A DNA stretch of 64,000 bases from Felis catus (lineage: Eukaryota): positions 201,564,001 to 201,628,000 of the forward strand of contig NC_058368.1 of NCBI RefSeq assembly GCF_018350175.1. Direction: 5' to 3'. Every line of letters starts with the position of its first letter. The first letter of the stretch is position 1. Made by a program: the position numbers and the translations under genes. Positions 12,330 through 26,147 of the stretch are shown piece by piece. Under the pieces are notes generated by a model. It was not told the DNA's origin. It worked only from the letters and a program-made list of their open reading frames with translations, and searched no databases.

Positions 12330-13400
12330 TAAAAGGAAATTAGCTGCTCATTTGTTATTTGTCAGTAACAGTGAAGAGGAAGTTTGTGCGTGCCAGACAT
12401 CTACTGATGACAATCAGTTAAATGTTCAAGCAAAATAATTAACTTCCATTTGTTTGGCTGTTTAATTTCTTCTTTATTATGTCCCAGCTAAGTTCCATCC
12501 AGGTTTGTCTTTTTGTTTTGCTTTGTTTTGTTTTCGATGCACTATGCTGCATGCATACTTAGGACTATGCAAAGCCAAACACTGATAAAGATCAACAATT
12601 ATTTAATTACAATTATATTGCATGGCACATGTTATGGTTGCATTGAGTTGTGTAATTGGACACACCACATTTCATATTTTCCATTGCTATATAGCATGCT
12701 GTTCACCACAAAGAATTGTCCAATCTGCCATGTTCTCAATATTAATATTGACTATACTGGCTTGTATTTGCTTGGGTCATGAAGATTTAATAATTTAACA
12801 ATAGGTCATTGGAGCTCTGTTGTGTCATCAAATAATTATAGAATTTATGTTTTATCAGTGGCAAAGCCACTGTAGTATTCTAAATTCCACTTATTGTCCT
12901 TTAGCTTAATGCTTACTGTTACCCTTTCTCGACATGTTTTCCCATCATGAAAATTAACCCACTCTATATCTTTCTGGAAAGAAAATAAACTGCTCCCTTG
13001 CCAAGCCGTTCATTATGCTGCTGCTTCCCTTCATGAATTGTGATCTAACAGTGGCCCAGCAAAAAGCCCAAGCTTTTGAAGTGTTGTGCTAATTTGATTA
13101 ATACGTAGTTACATCCTGTTATGATGCACTTTGCCTTATGCATTTTAAATGGAAAATGCCGAGTGGATTACATCGGTGTTAAAAACACAGCATACTAAAT
13201 GAACAGTACTGAAAGCAGTCTATAATAACAAACTCCACAACCACTTTAAACACGCAGAAGGTTATTGTTTGCAGGTTAACGATAATTATATGAAAATACA
13301 TGTTTTTACAACAATGAAGATGTCAATAAAAATACTGGTGAGGTTAATACAGCTGTGCTTAAAAATATTTATTCTGCCAGTAATTTAAAAATAATTCTAT
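12330..13400. promoter_or_regulatory. Putative conserved non-coding element or enhancer
   Basis: About 1 kb with no recognisable repeat and dense TAAT/ATTA and AACAAT motifs; conservation is inferred, not measured. Confidence 0.4.
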
Positions 13401-14644
13401 AAGTATCCTGACATCATCGTCAAAATTATGAGTGTATGCATCTCTACATGTATGTAAGCAGTTTGTGAATTCTTTGGATAAAAATCGCTGAAGTCAATCT
13501 TAAAATACGTAGGGAATCAAAGAGTAAGAGACCTCTTTCTTAAAAAGAGATACATGTTTTCACGCTTATTACTGAAAGGAAACTAGCAAATTGCCAGGGT
13601 TCCTAGAAATGATAGAGTTACTTTTGTGTGGATCTTACTGACATTCAGTGGCTGAGGGAGAATGATGGAAGGAAGAGAATGAATCCTATGGCCAGATGAG
13701 TCCACAGTTCTTCATATTGTGTCAACCTGACTTTCATCCCAACTGGCATTATAAAGTATTGCGACACTGCATTCTGAAAATCTACCTAAAATGCATGCTA
13801 ATCAACTTAAGAAGGCATGCACATTATCCTGGTCATATGGTAAGAAGTTGAGCAGTATCTTCTATCCCTATTTTTGGAGACACTTGCTCAACTATTTCTC
13901 CACTTGGAACATACATTTCTCTAGCTACAAAATATTTTCCCCCTTCCATTTAACTTTTTACCATGATGAATAGTGGTTAATAACAGTTTACAATGGCTTT
14001 AAATGGCCTAATTTCTTTAAGAAATTTCATTCAGACTTTTTCAGCTTCCATGCCAACCATACTGAATTCTGCACCCAAATCTATTGAATAAACACTTTGG
14101 TTGTTGGTTAAAACTCATGACTGTGCTCTGTGGGTCAGATGGTCCTCAAGAGATGAAGAAAGGCAGCAAACACTTTCATGCTATCTCACCAAATTTGTTA
14201 TCTAGCAATCACTGTATGTCCACTTCTGTTTATTACCAAGAATCAGCTCAGAAAAGAGCACATCAGAAGCCACCCTTTTCTCAAATATAAAAATATTCAC
14301 TGTTACTTAAACCTAAAATCTGACTAGAAGAAAACTTATCACTATACTTTTTCTTATTTGTAGAGTCTGAAAAGTCATACACAAAAGAATCTTTGAGGTA
14401 ATAAACACTTCTACTACTTTTGAAGTCGAAGCAAACTATCTTCTCCACACTCAACTGTAGAATATTTGACATTGAAACAAAGAGGCAGCATAGAACAGTA
14501 AAGTTTCTAGGGAGACATTAAGTTTCTATGTTCACTTTTCTTATTAATCAGTTCTGTGGCTGCGGGGAAAGATGTAATCTTTCTAGACTTCAGACTCATC
14601 ATTTTAATGGCTACTCATTAAAATATAATTTGTAATGCTCTTTC

Positions 14645-14790
14645 CATATTTTTGATTACTGTTCACAATAAGAGATACATTTACATGGTGACCCAGAACA
14701 CACACACACCACATACAATGAAAGGGAGAGTCTCATGAAACAGGACTTGCTCTTACAATATGCAATGATTATCAGTAATTTCTATGTTAT
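14645..14790. mobile_element. hAT-Charlie MITE fragment (Charlie4z-like)
   Basis: 'cacaataagagatacatttacatggtgacccagaacacacac...tcatgaaacaggacttgctcttac'. Confidence 0.5.
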
Positions 14791-16146
14791 TCTTTTTTTT
14801 TTTAGTTCTAGTTATGAACATTATGTTTTGTTCTTGGTGTTTCAAAAACCCTGGCCTTCTCTACCTCCTCCAATGGATTATGTGAACATGTTTTTGTAGA
14901 CTCTGATAATACATTTGTTCATTCTTGCCATGAATAGTATTATACTCCCTCCATTATCTTTTGGTTTGGGGATGGGTTTTCTATTTTTCTAGTTAAAATG
15001 TATCTGTTTTGGCATTATAGCTTCTTGGCCAAGACTAACAATCATTGTTCTGTATTCACATTGTATCATTTCTTTATATAGCATTGGTATATTACATTAT
15101 GGGTTTTTAAAATATTCCTTTTGAAATGTCAAAAGTTGTTAGAGGCATTGTAAATTGTTGGTATAATGAAAAAATTATTTTACCTAATAATCCATAGAAA
15201 AATAAATGACTTATCTATCATTTATCTTATTTGTCACTTATCTGTGATACCCTAAGGATTTAGTATTTGGCAACCACAGATCAATATGAGTCCAATCTCT
15301 TTGACACATTCTTCCTCAAGAAAGACCAGATACAACATATTTGTTCCAACTATTGACAATTCATTTACTGTAAGTGATGAGATTTGACACAGCTTAGCAT
15401 GATACTTGACCCCCCCCCCCAAGTCTAAGAAGGACTATAGCTAATTCTCTCAATAATATAGAAGGAGGAAAGAAAAAAGAAAAAGGAATAATTCTAAGGA
15501 CTGATTTGAAAGTGTCAATGTGGTAAGAACAAACTAGATGCAGGTGTGAAGCATTCAGCTCACCTAATTCATGAAGACACAACTTCTGTAGTGTTATATG
15601 TTCTTGACATTGTCCCACCTGTTTTGTTGGGACATAATGGATCTAATAGACTGAGTATCTTCATGCTCTCCCATTTGCCATCTCCTCTATAAAATATGAA
15701 ATCTTTTCAGCATGAAGCATCACATAGTACAGTGCCTTATACATAATAAGTGTTCAGTAAGTGTTTTTTAATTAGATATGATTTATCTCCCAAGTGTGCT
15801 CTCAAACACTAAATGTCATCACTTTTGCTCATGCCAAACCATCTCTAAAATTTTCTCTGAACTAGTAAAAAATCACCCTAACGCTGTTTATGAATGCTTA
15901 TAAATTTCCTGGATTATCTGGTGTAAAGAGGAGGAAATGGATTCAAACCAAATTATCTATAATTTAACATTTCTGCCATTTCCTGTCCCTGCCAATGCCA
16001 CCCAAGCCATAGCTGCTTCCTAAAACCAGAGCTTAAGTCTATGAGTCTCCTACTTCATTGTAAATTAGCATTATAATGAAATTTGAGTGAGAGTAAATAC
16101 TGATCTAGAATTTTACTGCCTGGAAGGACTGCTCAGTTCTTTCACC

Positions 16147-16445
16147 CTGGTGCTATCCAGTAGAAACATAATGTAAGCTACTTTTAATTTTCCACTAGCC
16201 CAATTTGGTACAACTGAAGAGTTATACTTGAAATTAATTTTAACAATACTTTGGTTGGTCCAATATGTTCAAAATATTATGTTTTCAAATGTAATCAGCA
16301 TGAAATTAATAATCGGGTACTTTGCTTTCTTTTTTTTTTTATTAACTAAGTCTTCAAAATGCAGTGTGCACAGCTCAACTTGAACTAGCCACCTTCAAAA
16401 GGCTCACATTTGGCTAGGGGCTACCATTTTGGACAATGCAGCTGT
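16147..16445. mobile_element. MER33 hAT-Charlie element
   Basis: Terminal inverted repeats 'gtgctatccagtagaaa' ... 'ttttggacaatgcag'; internal 'gaaattaattttaacaata', 'actaagtcttcaaaat', 'actagccacc'. Confidence 0.85.
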
Positions 16446-17136
16446 AGACTATTCTAGTGATGACTTTGGAGGTGAACCAGGACTGATCTCCTCAGATAGA
16501 GGTAATATTTTAAATCTTCAAAGTTTAAAAGCAAACTCTGGGTTAGTTATTGAAAGACAGAGAGCCCTTGTCAACATTAGGAGATTATGTCCCATTCCTC
16601 ACACGCTCATACATCCTTTCCAAATTTCCTATTGATTACTTCCCCAACATGAAAGAGGCAGGAAATAGGAATATCCTTTCATGGATGTGGTTGCCATCTT
16701 GACTGGTGTGGTTAGCACTAAATCCATTAGCATTAATACTCCCCATAAGAAGCTTTGGATAAGTAGCTTTAAAACTCTGGATGCTCAACAAAGAAATAGA
16801 TTTTCTTGGGAGAGAGTGAATTTGTTAGAAGAGAAGACAGGAAGGGGGCAGATGTGCTGAGTCACAGTACACAAAACTGATCCTGAAAAAAATAGAGGGA
16901 TCCAAGGTTAATTGAAGTAATTGCCAGAGTTTGTGATCCCTGCCTTCCTATTGGCATCATTTTCTTTTTTCCATGCTTCCTGCCTCTCTTAGACCCATTC
17001 AGCATATGGGCATCCATTGGCGCTTGATGGGCCATGTCTGAGCCAGGTGCAGTGAATGTATCCAAGGTTATACTAACTAGATTCTTAGCTTGCCAAGGTG
17101 GTCCCCAAGGATGAAATCTGTATGGATCCCATAAAG

Positions 17137-17290
17137 CAGTGCTTCTCAAATTTCAGTGTGTATAAGAATGACCCGAGAAATCTTGTTAAAATGCAGATTC
17201 TGATTCTGGAAGTTTGGGGCAGGGCCAGAGATTCAATCTCCCAGATGTTGCAGATGCTTTTGTACTGGGGCCACACATTGAGTAGCAAGG
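17137..17290. mobile_element. MER5A/MER5A1 MITE
   Basis: 'cagtgcttctcaaatttcagtgtg...cttgttaaaatgcagattctgattc...ggccacacattgagtagcaagg'. Confidence 0.88.
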
Positions 17291-17299
17291 TCCTGTTAT

Positions 17300-17478
17300 C
17301 AGTGGTTCGTAGCCCTCTCTGTAATGTAAAGTTACCCACAAAGCTTTTTAAAAATCACCAACACTCCTCCCCAAATCAATGAATGGGTGGGGGAGGAGGT
17401 GAAGTGAGTGTAGCAAGTAATAAAACTTTGTAAAAGCTCCTTAGGTGATTAAAATGTGCAGCTACGTTGATCTATCCT
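17300..17478. mobile_element. MER5B-like MITE, adjacent to the previous element
   Basis: 'cagtggttc...aagctttttaaaaat...aaaagctccttaggtgattaaaatgtgcagc'. Confidence 0.7.
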
Positions 17479-19329
17479 GATGCTAGTGAAATCAAATGAC
17501 CCTCACTTATCTGCTCCATTCCACCAGCTGCCAAGTCCTCATACCAAGCTGCAAAATCCCTCCTCCCACTCTCTGGTACTCTGTCAGCGCCACATCCAGT
17601 TTCTCATTCGCTTTTACATCAGTCCTCTCCCTCTCTCTGCCTTTTAGTTCAATTCAACCACATAAGTCTTGATTAATTGCCTGACAAGTACTGTAGGAGA
17701 GTCAGAAGAACCAAAATCCCTACATTCAAGGAAATTTGGATCTTACGGAGAGAGTTTAGGAAATTAATGTAAAGTACCACAACTCATCATACTCAAATTC
17801 TACCCAGAATAGTGTTGTTGATTTCTAGGAAGTAGAGGTCCTGGCTAGGTTTGTCAGGAAAAGCTTTTTAAATTGGATGGAACTCTAGGTCAGAAAGGAC
17901 CTCCGAGCCCCAATACTGAGTGCTCAGTTGAACCACCACCAGGAAAGCTTAACGATCAAAGAAGAGCTTTTAAGATCTGGTCTGGGTAATTGAAGATGGG
18001 GGTGGGGAGCTTGAAACATAGTTGCTAGAGGGGAAAAGGAAGAAGGGTGAGGGGCAAATGTTGCTATGACTTATTGGGAACATCTCCATGACCTGAAAAA
18101 CTAGTAAGACCAATCACAGAAGGGACACACTGAGAAGTGGGAGTTGACCTGGGGTAGAAACAGGGTGAGTTCTGATTTGAACATGGCAGACTTGCAGTGA
18201 CCTCCAAGAGAAAATACCCTGAATACTTTTGAGTAGGTGAGATTGCATGGAAGATATCTTGAAGGTAAAGGATGCCCTGACCCCAAAACTCCAAGCAAGG
18301 AATGTGGATGATTCAGAAATACAGACAGTATGTAAAATTTAAAAAAAAACAAAACAAAACATGGAATCCTTGGATCCTGTCTTTTTCCTCCATAAGATGT
18401 AAATGAACCTAGTCTATTGATTCATCTACCTTTCCAAAAATTCTAATTTAAAGGATTCTATGATAATTTCTACTTGGATTCTCCTAGATACAATACTGGG
18501 TACATCTGGCCAACGTAAGCTAAGAGTGTTCACCCTCAGGAGGAATTTTTGGCCGTTTCAGGGGCTTTCAGTGGCCTTGCTTTTTTAACTAAGTGAACTC
18601 AGCCTGTAATTCCCATTTTTCAGCTGTGGTTCTACACTCTGTTATCTTAAACCGATGGCCACCATCCAGCAGGGCACTTTGATTGTTGGATAAATGTAGC
18701 CACTAGGGTTTTTCAATCCCCAGACTAGTATAATTATTTATATATTCACTCATTCTTTCATTTGACAGATTTAAATGTTTTGGACTAATACTGCCTTTCT
18801 TTCAATAGTGGGTGGAAAACTGTATACGCACAAAACATCTTCTTCAATAGAGAGAAGGGGGATTTGGTGGATGCCAACATATAATCAGACCATTTCTCTT
18901 CCTATATCTCTAGCTGAGTTATCTTATTTTTCTTAGTGTTCATTAAAGCATTTACCTGTTAATACTTACCAGCAATAATCTGGCTTAAAACCAGGAATTG
19001 CTAGAGGGAGAAGAGAAGTAAAATATCTCCCTCTAACCAGTCTGGTTTTGTGGCCCCAGTAATACAACTACATAGTAATAGGAGTATACGGTGTTTAATA
19101 GATAATGGTTAAAATTTCAAAAATCCTAATTTTCAGCCATTATTGGTCCTCCCTGTATTTGAAATCATGCCCACCAGCACACTGTGTTAGTAGAAAATCA
19201 ATGCCTCCTGAGTATTTCTGTTTTTATACTCTAAAGAATATTTATGTGATAAAATTGCTTGTTCTTCAAAGAAAACAAACATAATTTTAAAAAGAAAGTG
19301 TGTAAATATTGAAAAATACAGAAAATTAA

Positions 19330-19950
19330 TGTGAGTAAAACACCTTCAGGTATATGATAGCAGCTGATACTGAATTTTTTTGCCAATGACATAAAATTGC
19401 AGAAATTACCCAAAGCACTGTGGGAGAAGCAGACTGTTAATCAAATATGTCAATGTATCTTCGTGGCTGATCGCTAACAAGTAAGTACTGACCTAAATTT
19501 TACCGGAGAGCATTTTAAAAGCATTAAGCATATGCTGTTTACTTAGTTGATGCAATAAATATAAACATGCTTTGAGTTCACAGTAAATCCAAAGTACAGA
19601 CCTTAAATAATTCTAACATTTTAAATCAAATTGATTAATCACTAAAATACATTAGAAGAACCCGTTTCAGCAAATTTTTTGTGAAAAAGGTCTTTTAGTC
19701 AAATTCAGTTCCTCCATTTCTATCCACTGCATGTGTAATTCATGAACCTTTAAACAGTATGAGATTATAGATAGCTAAACTGACATTGGTACTTTCACTT
19801 AGCAGCTGAATAATCGGCACGCTCTAAGCTTTTTAAATGGCAAAGTAATCATTGCTTTGAATTCATCTTGTGATGTCATTGCCACTAACAACTGACATAA
19901 TAAATTTGAAGTATATGAAAGCTTGAAAAGAATATTAGAAATATGTCTCA
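19330..19950. promoter_or_regulatory. Putative conserved non-coding element
   Basis: No recognisable repeat; TGACA/TGTCA, TGATTAAT and CAGCTG motifs; conservation inferred only. Confidence 0.35.
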
Positions 19951-20369
19951 TTTTAAATACATAACAATTAAATGATGTACAATAAGAAGTATGTTCTGAT
20001 CCATCTATTAATGAAATGCTCTTTAAAAGTGTGATGTATCATTGCCATTTGTGTATGCCTGAGCTTGCAAAGATTTTCATTTAAATGTGTTGTGCTTTCT
20101 GTTCAGAGTCAGAAAGAGCAACGTTAATAAATGGGTAATGAGCATGTGTACAGAAGTGTAAATGAATTTGTGTTAATGAACGTGTATACAAGTGATAGCT
20201 ACACGTGCAACCCATGGAAGGAACACAAAAGAAATACACAATATTTGTATTACAGAGGCCAAAGTCATAGATGTCGTATTCACACACTGAAAGGGATAAT
20301 AGACATTAATTATTCCATGCTTAAATAATTTGAACTAGTTAGCCATGGACCTTTTGCTCTTGAAAGTGT

Positions 20370-20370
<1 letters not shown>

Positions 20371-20408
<38 letters not shown>
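20371..20408. repeat. (GT)19 microsatellite
   Basis: Read directly. Confidence 0.97.
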
Positions 20409-20411
<3 letters not shown>

Positions 20412-21006
20412 TTGGACACTGAGCATTTTCATGGATGGGACTCTTTTTACTAATAAAATGGGGCCACCCATGTAGTTAGCTAGCCTACTTTAAGTGAATC
20501 CATTTATGTCTGCTATGAAGATGGGCAATATTCAGCCATTTGGAAGAGAAATGGAATAGTTCTATTTCCATTATCATTGGAGGTATTTGGTAGACACAGT
20601 ATGGTGTACTTACTTCTTTCCCACCCACATGGGCCCCAGTAGGGCATGTTTGCACAGTATTTCCTCTACTGGTCCAGGTTCCCATTAACAAATAAGTAGA
20701 CCACCAGACTTGTTTTATCTATGTTTTTTATGTGTCATGGTAACCGGAGTATTGTGGGGATCAGAAATAATATTTTAAAGAAAATTTTAAAGATGTTTTT
20801 ACATGATGAGAAAATTAATCTCTGGCGTGTTCTGTTATTCCATTATTTCAAACATTTTAAGCAAATTAGACCAATTGGTAAAATCGTATAAACAATTAAG
20901 CCAAAATAGTCATACAGGATTATGTTTCCTCTAAAAAAAACATGAACAACTCTCAGAGATAAAGCTGAACCATAGATAGTCTTTTATTGTCTAAATTCTT
21001 ACTCCA

Positions 21007-21220
21007 GGGGCGCCTGGGTGGCTCAGTCAGTTGAGCGTTCGACTTCAGCTCAGGTCATGATCTTGCGGTCTGTGAGTTCGAGCCCCGCATGGGACTCCGT
21101 GCTGACAGCTCGGAGCCTGGAGCCTGCTTTGGATTCTGTGTCTCCCTCTCTCTCTGCCCCTCCCCTGCTCATGCTCTGTCTCTCTCTGTCTCAAAAATAA
21201 ATAAAAACATTAAAAAAAAA
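21007..21220 (+). mobile_element. Can-SINE (SINEC_Fc2-like, fairly young)
   Basis: Full-length; perfect TSD taaattcttactccag (20992-21007 / 21221-21236). Confidence 0.97.
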
Positions 21221-21934
21221 TAAATTCTTACTCCAGAGCTAATACTTCAGATCTTATACCAACTTTATATTCAAAAGACATTCTCCTATAATCCAGAAAT
21301 CTTGTCCATCTTCCTTCCCCCAATCATCACACACTTTGACTTTCCAAATTTTTGACATAAAATGTGAAAGAATTGGAACCTTTTTTTTTTAATAGACTGA
21401 GAAGGTAAACTTCCATCTACCTGAAACTCATCCTAGAATCCTAGCTACTTGGAAACCAAGCTTACGTTAATTAGGAAGCATCTTTTAAAGTCAGATAATC
21501 CTCATTTTGGACAGAATTTTCTTCTATGGATTCAGTAGAATCCAGTTTAAAATTCTTCAGTCATTCCCCAAAGTGATGTCCAAATCCATCCCTCTCATTT
21601 TCAGTCCTACGATTCTTATCTCCCACTACTGCCCTACATGGACCACCCCCCCCCCCCCCCCCCCCGCATCCATCATGCACACACCATACCTAACTGAATT
21701 AATTCTCTTACTGTTCCTGGTCATTCTGCCAGAGTACCGCCGACTCCAACTTTACTTAACACAAATCTCCTTCACCAAAACTCCCACTCAATTTATTGCC
21801 CTCTGCCTGCTCCCTTGCCCACAGGAACCATACTATATCAGTTTTGGTCTTGTTACTCACAGACCTGTATGTATCAGCCCATCTTGGATTACTATTATAT
21901 TGTAGTAAGTGATAAGTCAATGCTTGTTGTTGTT

Positions 21935-21975
21935 AATGATAATAATGATAATGATGATGATGATGATGATGATAA
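21935..21975. repeat. (GAT/AAT)n trinucleotide repeat
   Basis: 'aatgataataatgataatgatgatgatgatgatgatgat'. Confidence 0.9.
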
Positions 21976-22239
21976 CCAACCTAAGAAAAATGATGAATAT
22001 AGTTTGGTTCCATTGTTTTTCTTCATCAAGGGTAAGATGCCCATGAGCACATGGGAGTAGCTATCAGATTCCATTTAAATAAATTGGGAAGCCCACATAA
22101 AAACCTAGGAAATATCGCACTCTCTTGCATAACACTAGATGTTTTTGGCAATTAAAATCAAGTTAAAAATACATGCACTTCACTGAAGGGAAAAATTAAG
22201 TAGCTCACAAAGTGATCTACCAGTGAGAGCATGTGAGTA

Positions 22240-22390
22240 TAGTTGACCCTTGAACAACACAGTTTGAACTGTGCAGATCCACTTATACACAGATTTTTTG
22301 CAATAAATACAATGCAGTCTTGTAAGTGTATATTCTATGCCTTATGATATTCTTAATAACATTTTCTTTGCTTTAGCTTACTTTATTGTC
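22240..22390 (+). mobile_element. Tigger2-derived MITE (Tigger2a/MER28-type), truncated
   Basis: TIR 'agttgacccttgaacaacacagtttgaactgtgcagatccacttatac' and 'cttaataacattttctttgctttagcttactttattg'. Confidence 0.85.
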
Positions 22391-22574
22391 AAAAGATGCT
22401 CTGGCCTAGAGAATTAAATAATTATACAGGATTCCACAGTTGGAGTAGGTGGTAGTTTTCATAGATGTGTCTGAAACCAAAGAACATACTTTTAATGGTG
22501 ATTCTAGCATCCAGGAGAATGGTAAAGAGAGATTTTTTAATCTCATCACATTTTGGGAGGGTGTTTCTTACAAC

Positions 22575-22650
22575 CTCTGTGACAGTGGCGAGTTCTTTAA
22601 TCTCTCTGAGCCTCAGTTTTCTCATCTATAAAATGAAATGTAGTGTTATG
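22575..22650 (+). mobile_element. MIR core fragment
   Basis: 'tttaatctctctgagcctcagttttctcatctataaaatg'. Confidence 0.8.
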
Positions 22651-23934
22651 TAAACCTTGTTATAATTTGCAAAGTAGATTTTTAAATGCCAGAAAAATGA
22701 ACTTTCTATGGTCCTGCTGTAATAAATCTGAAATCACTTCTCACAGATCTAAATTTTTACTGGGTCACTGCTTTTCACTAAACCTCAATTCTCTCTTGTG
22801 CTGATACTTAACCTGCAGAATAATTGTAGAAACTTTGGCAAGTATAAATTTTGGTCAGATCAGTCAGAATGGTGATGTAATCAAGAGGGCAAGAGAATAT
22901 TGACTAAGAAATCATGCGTCTAAAGAAGTAGGCTGTCCTAACTGATTAGACTAAACGTTACATTTGGAATGATTCTATGAAACGTTCTCGGCACAAACAC
23001 AGACAAGTGTCTCCTTTCTGTATTTTCAATCTCCTGCGAGTGTGAGTATACATGTGAAAAGGTATTTGTTTATACTATGACTCATTCCACAAAGGAATTA
23101 AAGAAAATTACAACAGGCAATATGTAATAAAATTATGATAAAATAGAAATATTAAAAAAGTATTAAAGCTTATGTAAGCTGAGGCAAAAATTCAAGACCA
23201 TGTAAACTTAGAAAACAAAAATATCAGAGGTTAAAGGCCAATATAAACACACTAATGGAATTTAAAATTTGGCTCGAATCATTGTAGGCACTAAAGAATC
23301 AGGCACATGATACGCATTGCCTTTAAAGAAGAGGAAAAAAGGAGAAGGAGAAGAAAAAGGAGAAGGCAAAGAGGAGCCATCCCAGTTTGTTAGAAAAATT
23401 AAAATTTGTTCCAGAGTTAAATTAAAAAAAATTAACATGAAAGTATGAAAGGAGTGATACGGTGAACAATGTCTTTGACAAGGATTTCTACAGGTGTTTG
23501 GGTGAATGGCTGAGCTTGTTGAATTTCATACTTCTGCATGTTAGTGTACTTATTTATACATAAACATAAGTTCATGAACTTACGAGGGTCATGTGTGGAT
23601 TCATATGTAATATGGAAACCATAGGGAAATTTTATATCATGTTTTTTGTACTATAGCCTCTCTGAGTCAAATCCTTGCGTTTGGTTCATATTTTGTACGT
23701 ATTAACATTTGAAACCATTTATAACATCACTGAAAAAAACGATTATTTGGCAATCTGAACTACATTAAAGTATCCCCAAACATAATATCTTAACAACCAG
23801 CTTGTATCTGTTTAGTTTGATCCATAGACATTAAGATTCCTTGAATGATTTTGCACAGTAAGAAATCAGAATTATGAAAGCTCTCCTAAACAAGAATAAC
23901 AGTTAAAAGTTGATTAAAAGTGGCAATACTTCCA

Positions 23935-24131
23935 GGGTGCCTGGGTGGCTAAGGTCTGATCTCACCATTGGTGAGTTCAAACCCCACATCGGGCACTGTG
24001 CTGATAGCTCAGAGCCTGGAGCCTGCTTTGGATTCTGTGTCTCCCTCTCTCTCTGACTCTCTCCCACTCACACTCTGTGTCTTTGTCTCTCAAAAATAAA
24101 TAAACACTAAAAAATATTTTAACGTTATTTT
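23935..24131 (+). mobile_element. Can-SINE with a deletion in the tRNA-derived head
   Basis: 'gggtgcctgggtggctaaggtctgatctc'; TSD ttaaaagtggcaa(t/c)acttcca (23914-23934 / 24132-24152). Confidence 0.95.
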
Positions 24132-24334
24132 TTAAAAGTGGCAACACTTCCAACTAGAATCCGAATTACTCATTAATGATCTTTTCTCCAGACAGGTTCC
24201 AGATGGTTCTTATGAGGCTACCCTGGTGACAAAATAGAGGTCGAATGCAAATTCAAGTTAATTTAAGCACCTATAAGCATCATTACATATGTGAATTGAT
24301 TGTATATAATTCATTGACTCTAACCTGAACTTTG

Positions 24335-24534
24335 ATTCTATTTGTTCCATCACAAATATGTATTGAGCACATACTATGTGTCAGGATGGATATATAATAA
24401 TAAAAAATATTTAATGCCTTTTATGGGGCACCTGGGTGGCTCAGTCATTTGAGTGTCTGAGTTCAGCTACGTCATGATCTCATGGTTCGTGAGTTCAAGC
24501 CCCAGGTGGGGCTGATAGCATGGAGCCTGCTTTA

Positions 24535-24581
<47 letters not shown>

Positions 24582-25130
24582 CTTCCCCCACTAGCTTATG
24601 CATGCATGTGTGCGCACATGCTTCCTCTCTCTCTCAAAAACAAATAAACATTTTAAAAAATTGTAATGTGTAATGCCTTTTATCAAGTCTTGTGAGAAGA
24701 CAGACAAGTAAACAGCAGGTTGCAACAGGGTGTAACCGTGCCTGGCGTGGATAAGAGAGAACACAGCAGGACTCTTGACCTAGCCTCAGGTGTCAGGGAA
24801 GGCTTCCGGCCATTTAATTGGAACCCCTGTTAATAAATAGGAGTTACCCAGATGAAAATGCAGGTAACAATGTTCTTCACAGAAGAAATAATATAGACAA
24901 AATTACAAATAACGCTTTGAGCACTTTAAATGGATTAAAGCATCAAATGATGGAGGAGAATGAGATGAAATAAGAAAGGAGTATAAAGCAGGGGCCAGAT
25001 CATGAAGAGATGTTACATGCTACATCAAGGAATTTCAATGTTACCTTGAGTAACATTATTAAAGTGATGAGAGGATTTTTTTTTTCCGTAGGGAGTGAGA
25101 AGAGATCATCATTTGGGGTCAAATCGTCAA
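24335..25130 (-). mobile_element. L2 fragment interrupted by a Can-SINE
   Basis: 'caaatatgtattgagcacatactatgtgtcagg' ... 'gtcagggaaggcttcc' ... 'gcaggggccagatcatg'. Confidence 0.7.
24425..24670 (+). mobile_element. Can-SINE with expanded (CT)n
   Basis: TSD taatgccttttat (24412-24424 / 24671-24683). Confidence 0.95.
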
Positions 25131-25170
25131 ATCCCTATGATTTCTTTATGAAGGACTAATTATAAGGGAT

Positions 25171-25500
25171 TGTGGCAGACGCTAGTAGTTTCCTACCTAA
25201 ATTCTTTTCTTTCCCTTTTGTTGGAACATAGATGAACCAGATTGTAATACTTCCAAGACTCAGCTAGCAGTGGCCACGTGATGCACTTTTAACGAATTAC
25301 AGTAGGCAGAATTCCCCTGGAGGGGGTTTACCTTGCAAGATAAAAAGGCAATGCTTCACAAAGAGGGATTTTTTTGCCTTTCCAATTTCTCCCTCTTTCT
25401 TTCCTCGGATAGAGATGATTCTGGGGATACTGGAACCATCTTGCATTTATGAGACTAAAAGCACAATTACAGCTGGGCAGACAGAAAGATAAAAGATGGG
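25171..25500 (+). mobile_element. MLT1J/I-like MaLR LTR fragment
   Basis: Starts 'tgtggcagac'; 'gtggccacgtgatgca', 'ccatcttgcatttatgag'. Confidence 0.6.
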
Positions 25501-25889
25501 AATCTAACTTTTATATAATATCAATACTTTAGGAATTGAGTGGAGGAAGACCCACTCATTATGCAAATGGGGAAGGGCCCGGCATAGATGTAGGAAGAGA
25601 CAGTTTAAAATTGATCTGAATTCTCTGAGAGGAAAAGAAACGGAATCCAAAGCCCTGGGAGAGGAACTACACATTAGGAGAGGAGAGACACCACATCCAT
25701 GGTGACAGAAAGGGTGGGTAAGTTTGCAAAGGGACAGAGGAGTTTTACAAGTTGAGTGAATGAGGGGGTGGGATAGGGAATAAAGATATCTGGAGATTCA
25801 TTGCAAGAGCCATCCTGGACAAGGAGAGTAGACAGACTACCAAGGATTGAGAGGGTAGGAGTTCCCGTGGCCATTATTCGAGGTTGTGA

Positions 25890-26135
25890 TGGAATCTGTG
25901 CCTATCCAAACTCTGTCTCCAAATCTAGTCCTCAACTGCTCTTGTTTTGGCAACAGCCCTTCTGCTTCAGTCCCTCCAGCCTAGGGGCAAAGTAGCTTCC
26001 TGTTTTTGCTTATCTCTGAGTTTACCGGCAGTTTCAGATGGGTTTTCAGTTCTCAGTAACCAATTCTCACGTTAAATTTCCTTTTTTGAACATTGAAATC
26101 GGTCTGTATTTTCTGGCTGGACCCTGACTGAGCCA
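25890..26135 (+). mobile_element. Old ERVL-type LTR 3' fragment (LTR16/LTR33-like)
   Basis: 'ccctccagcctaggggcaaagtagcttcctg...ttaaatttcc...tctgtattttctggctggaccctgactga'. Confidence 0.55.
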
Positions 26136-26147
26136 GCACTAAGTCCT

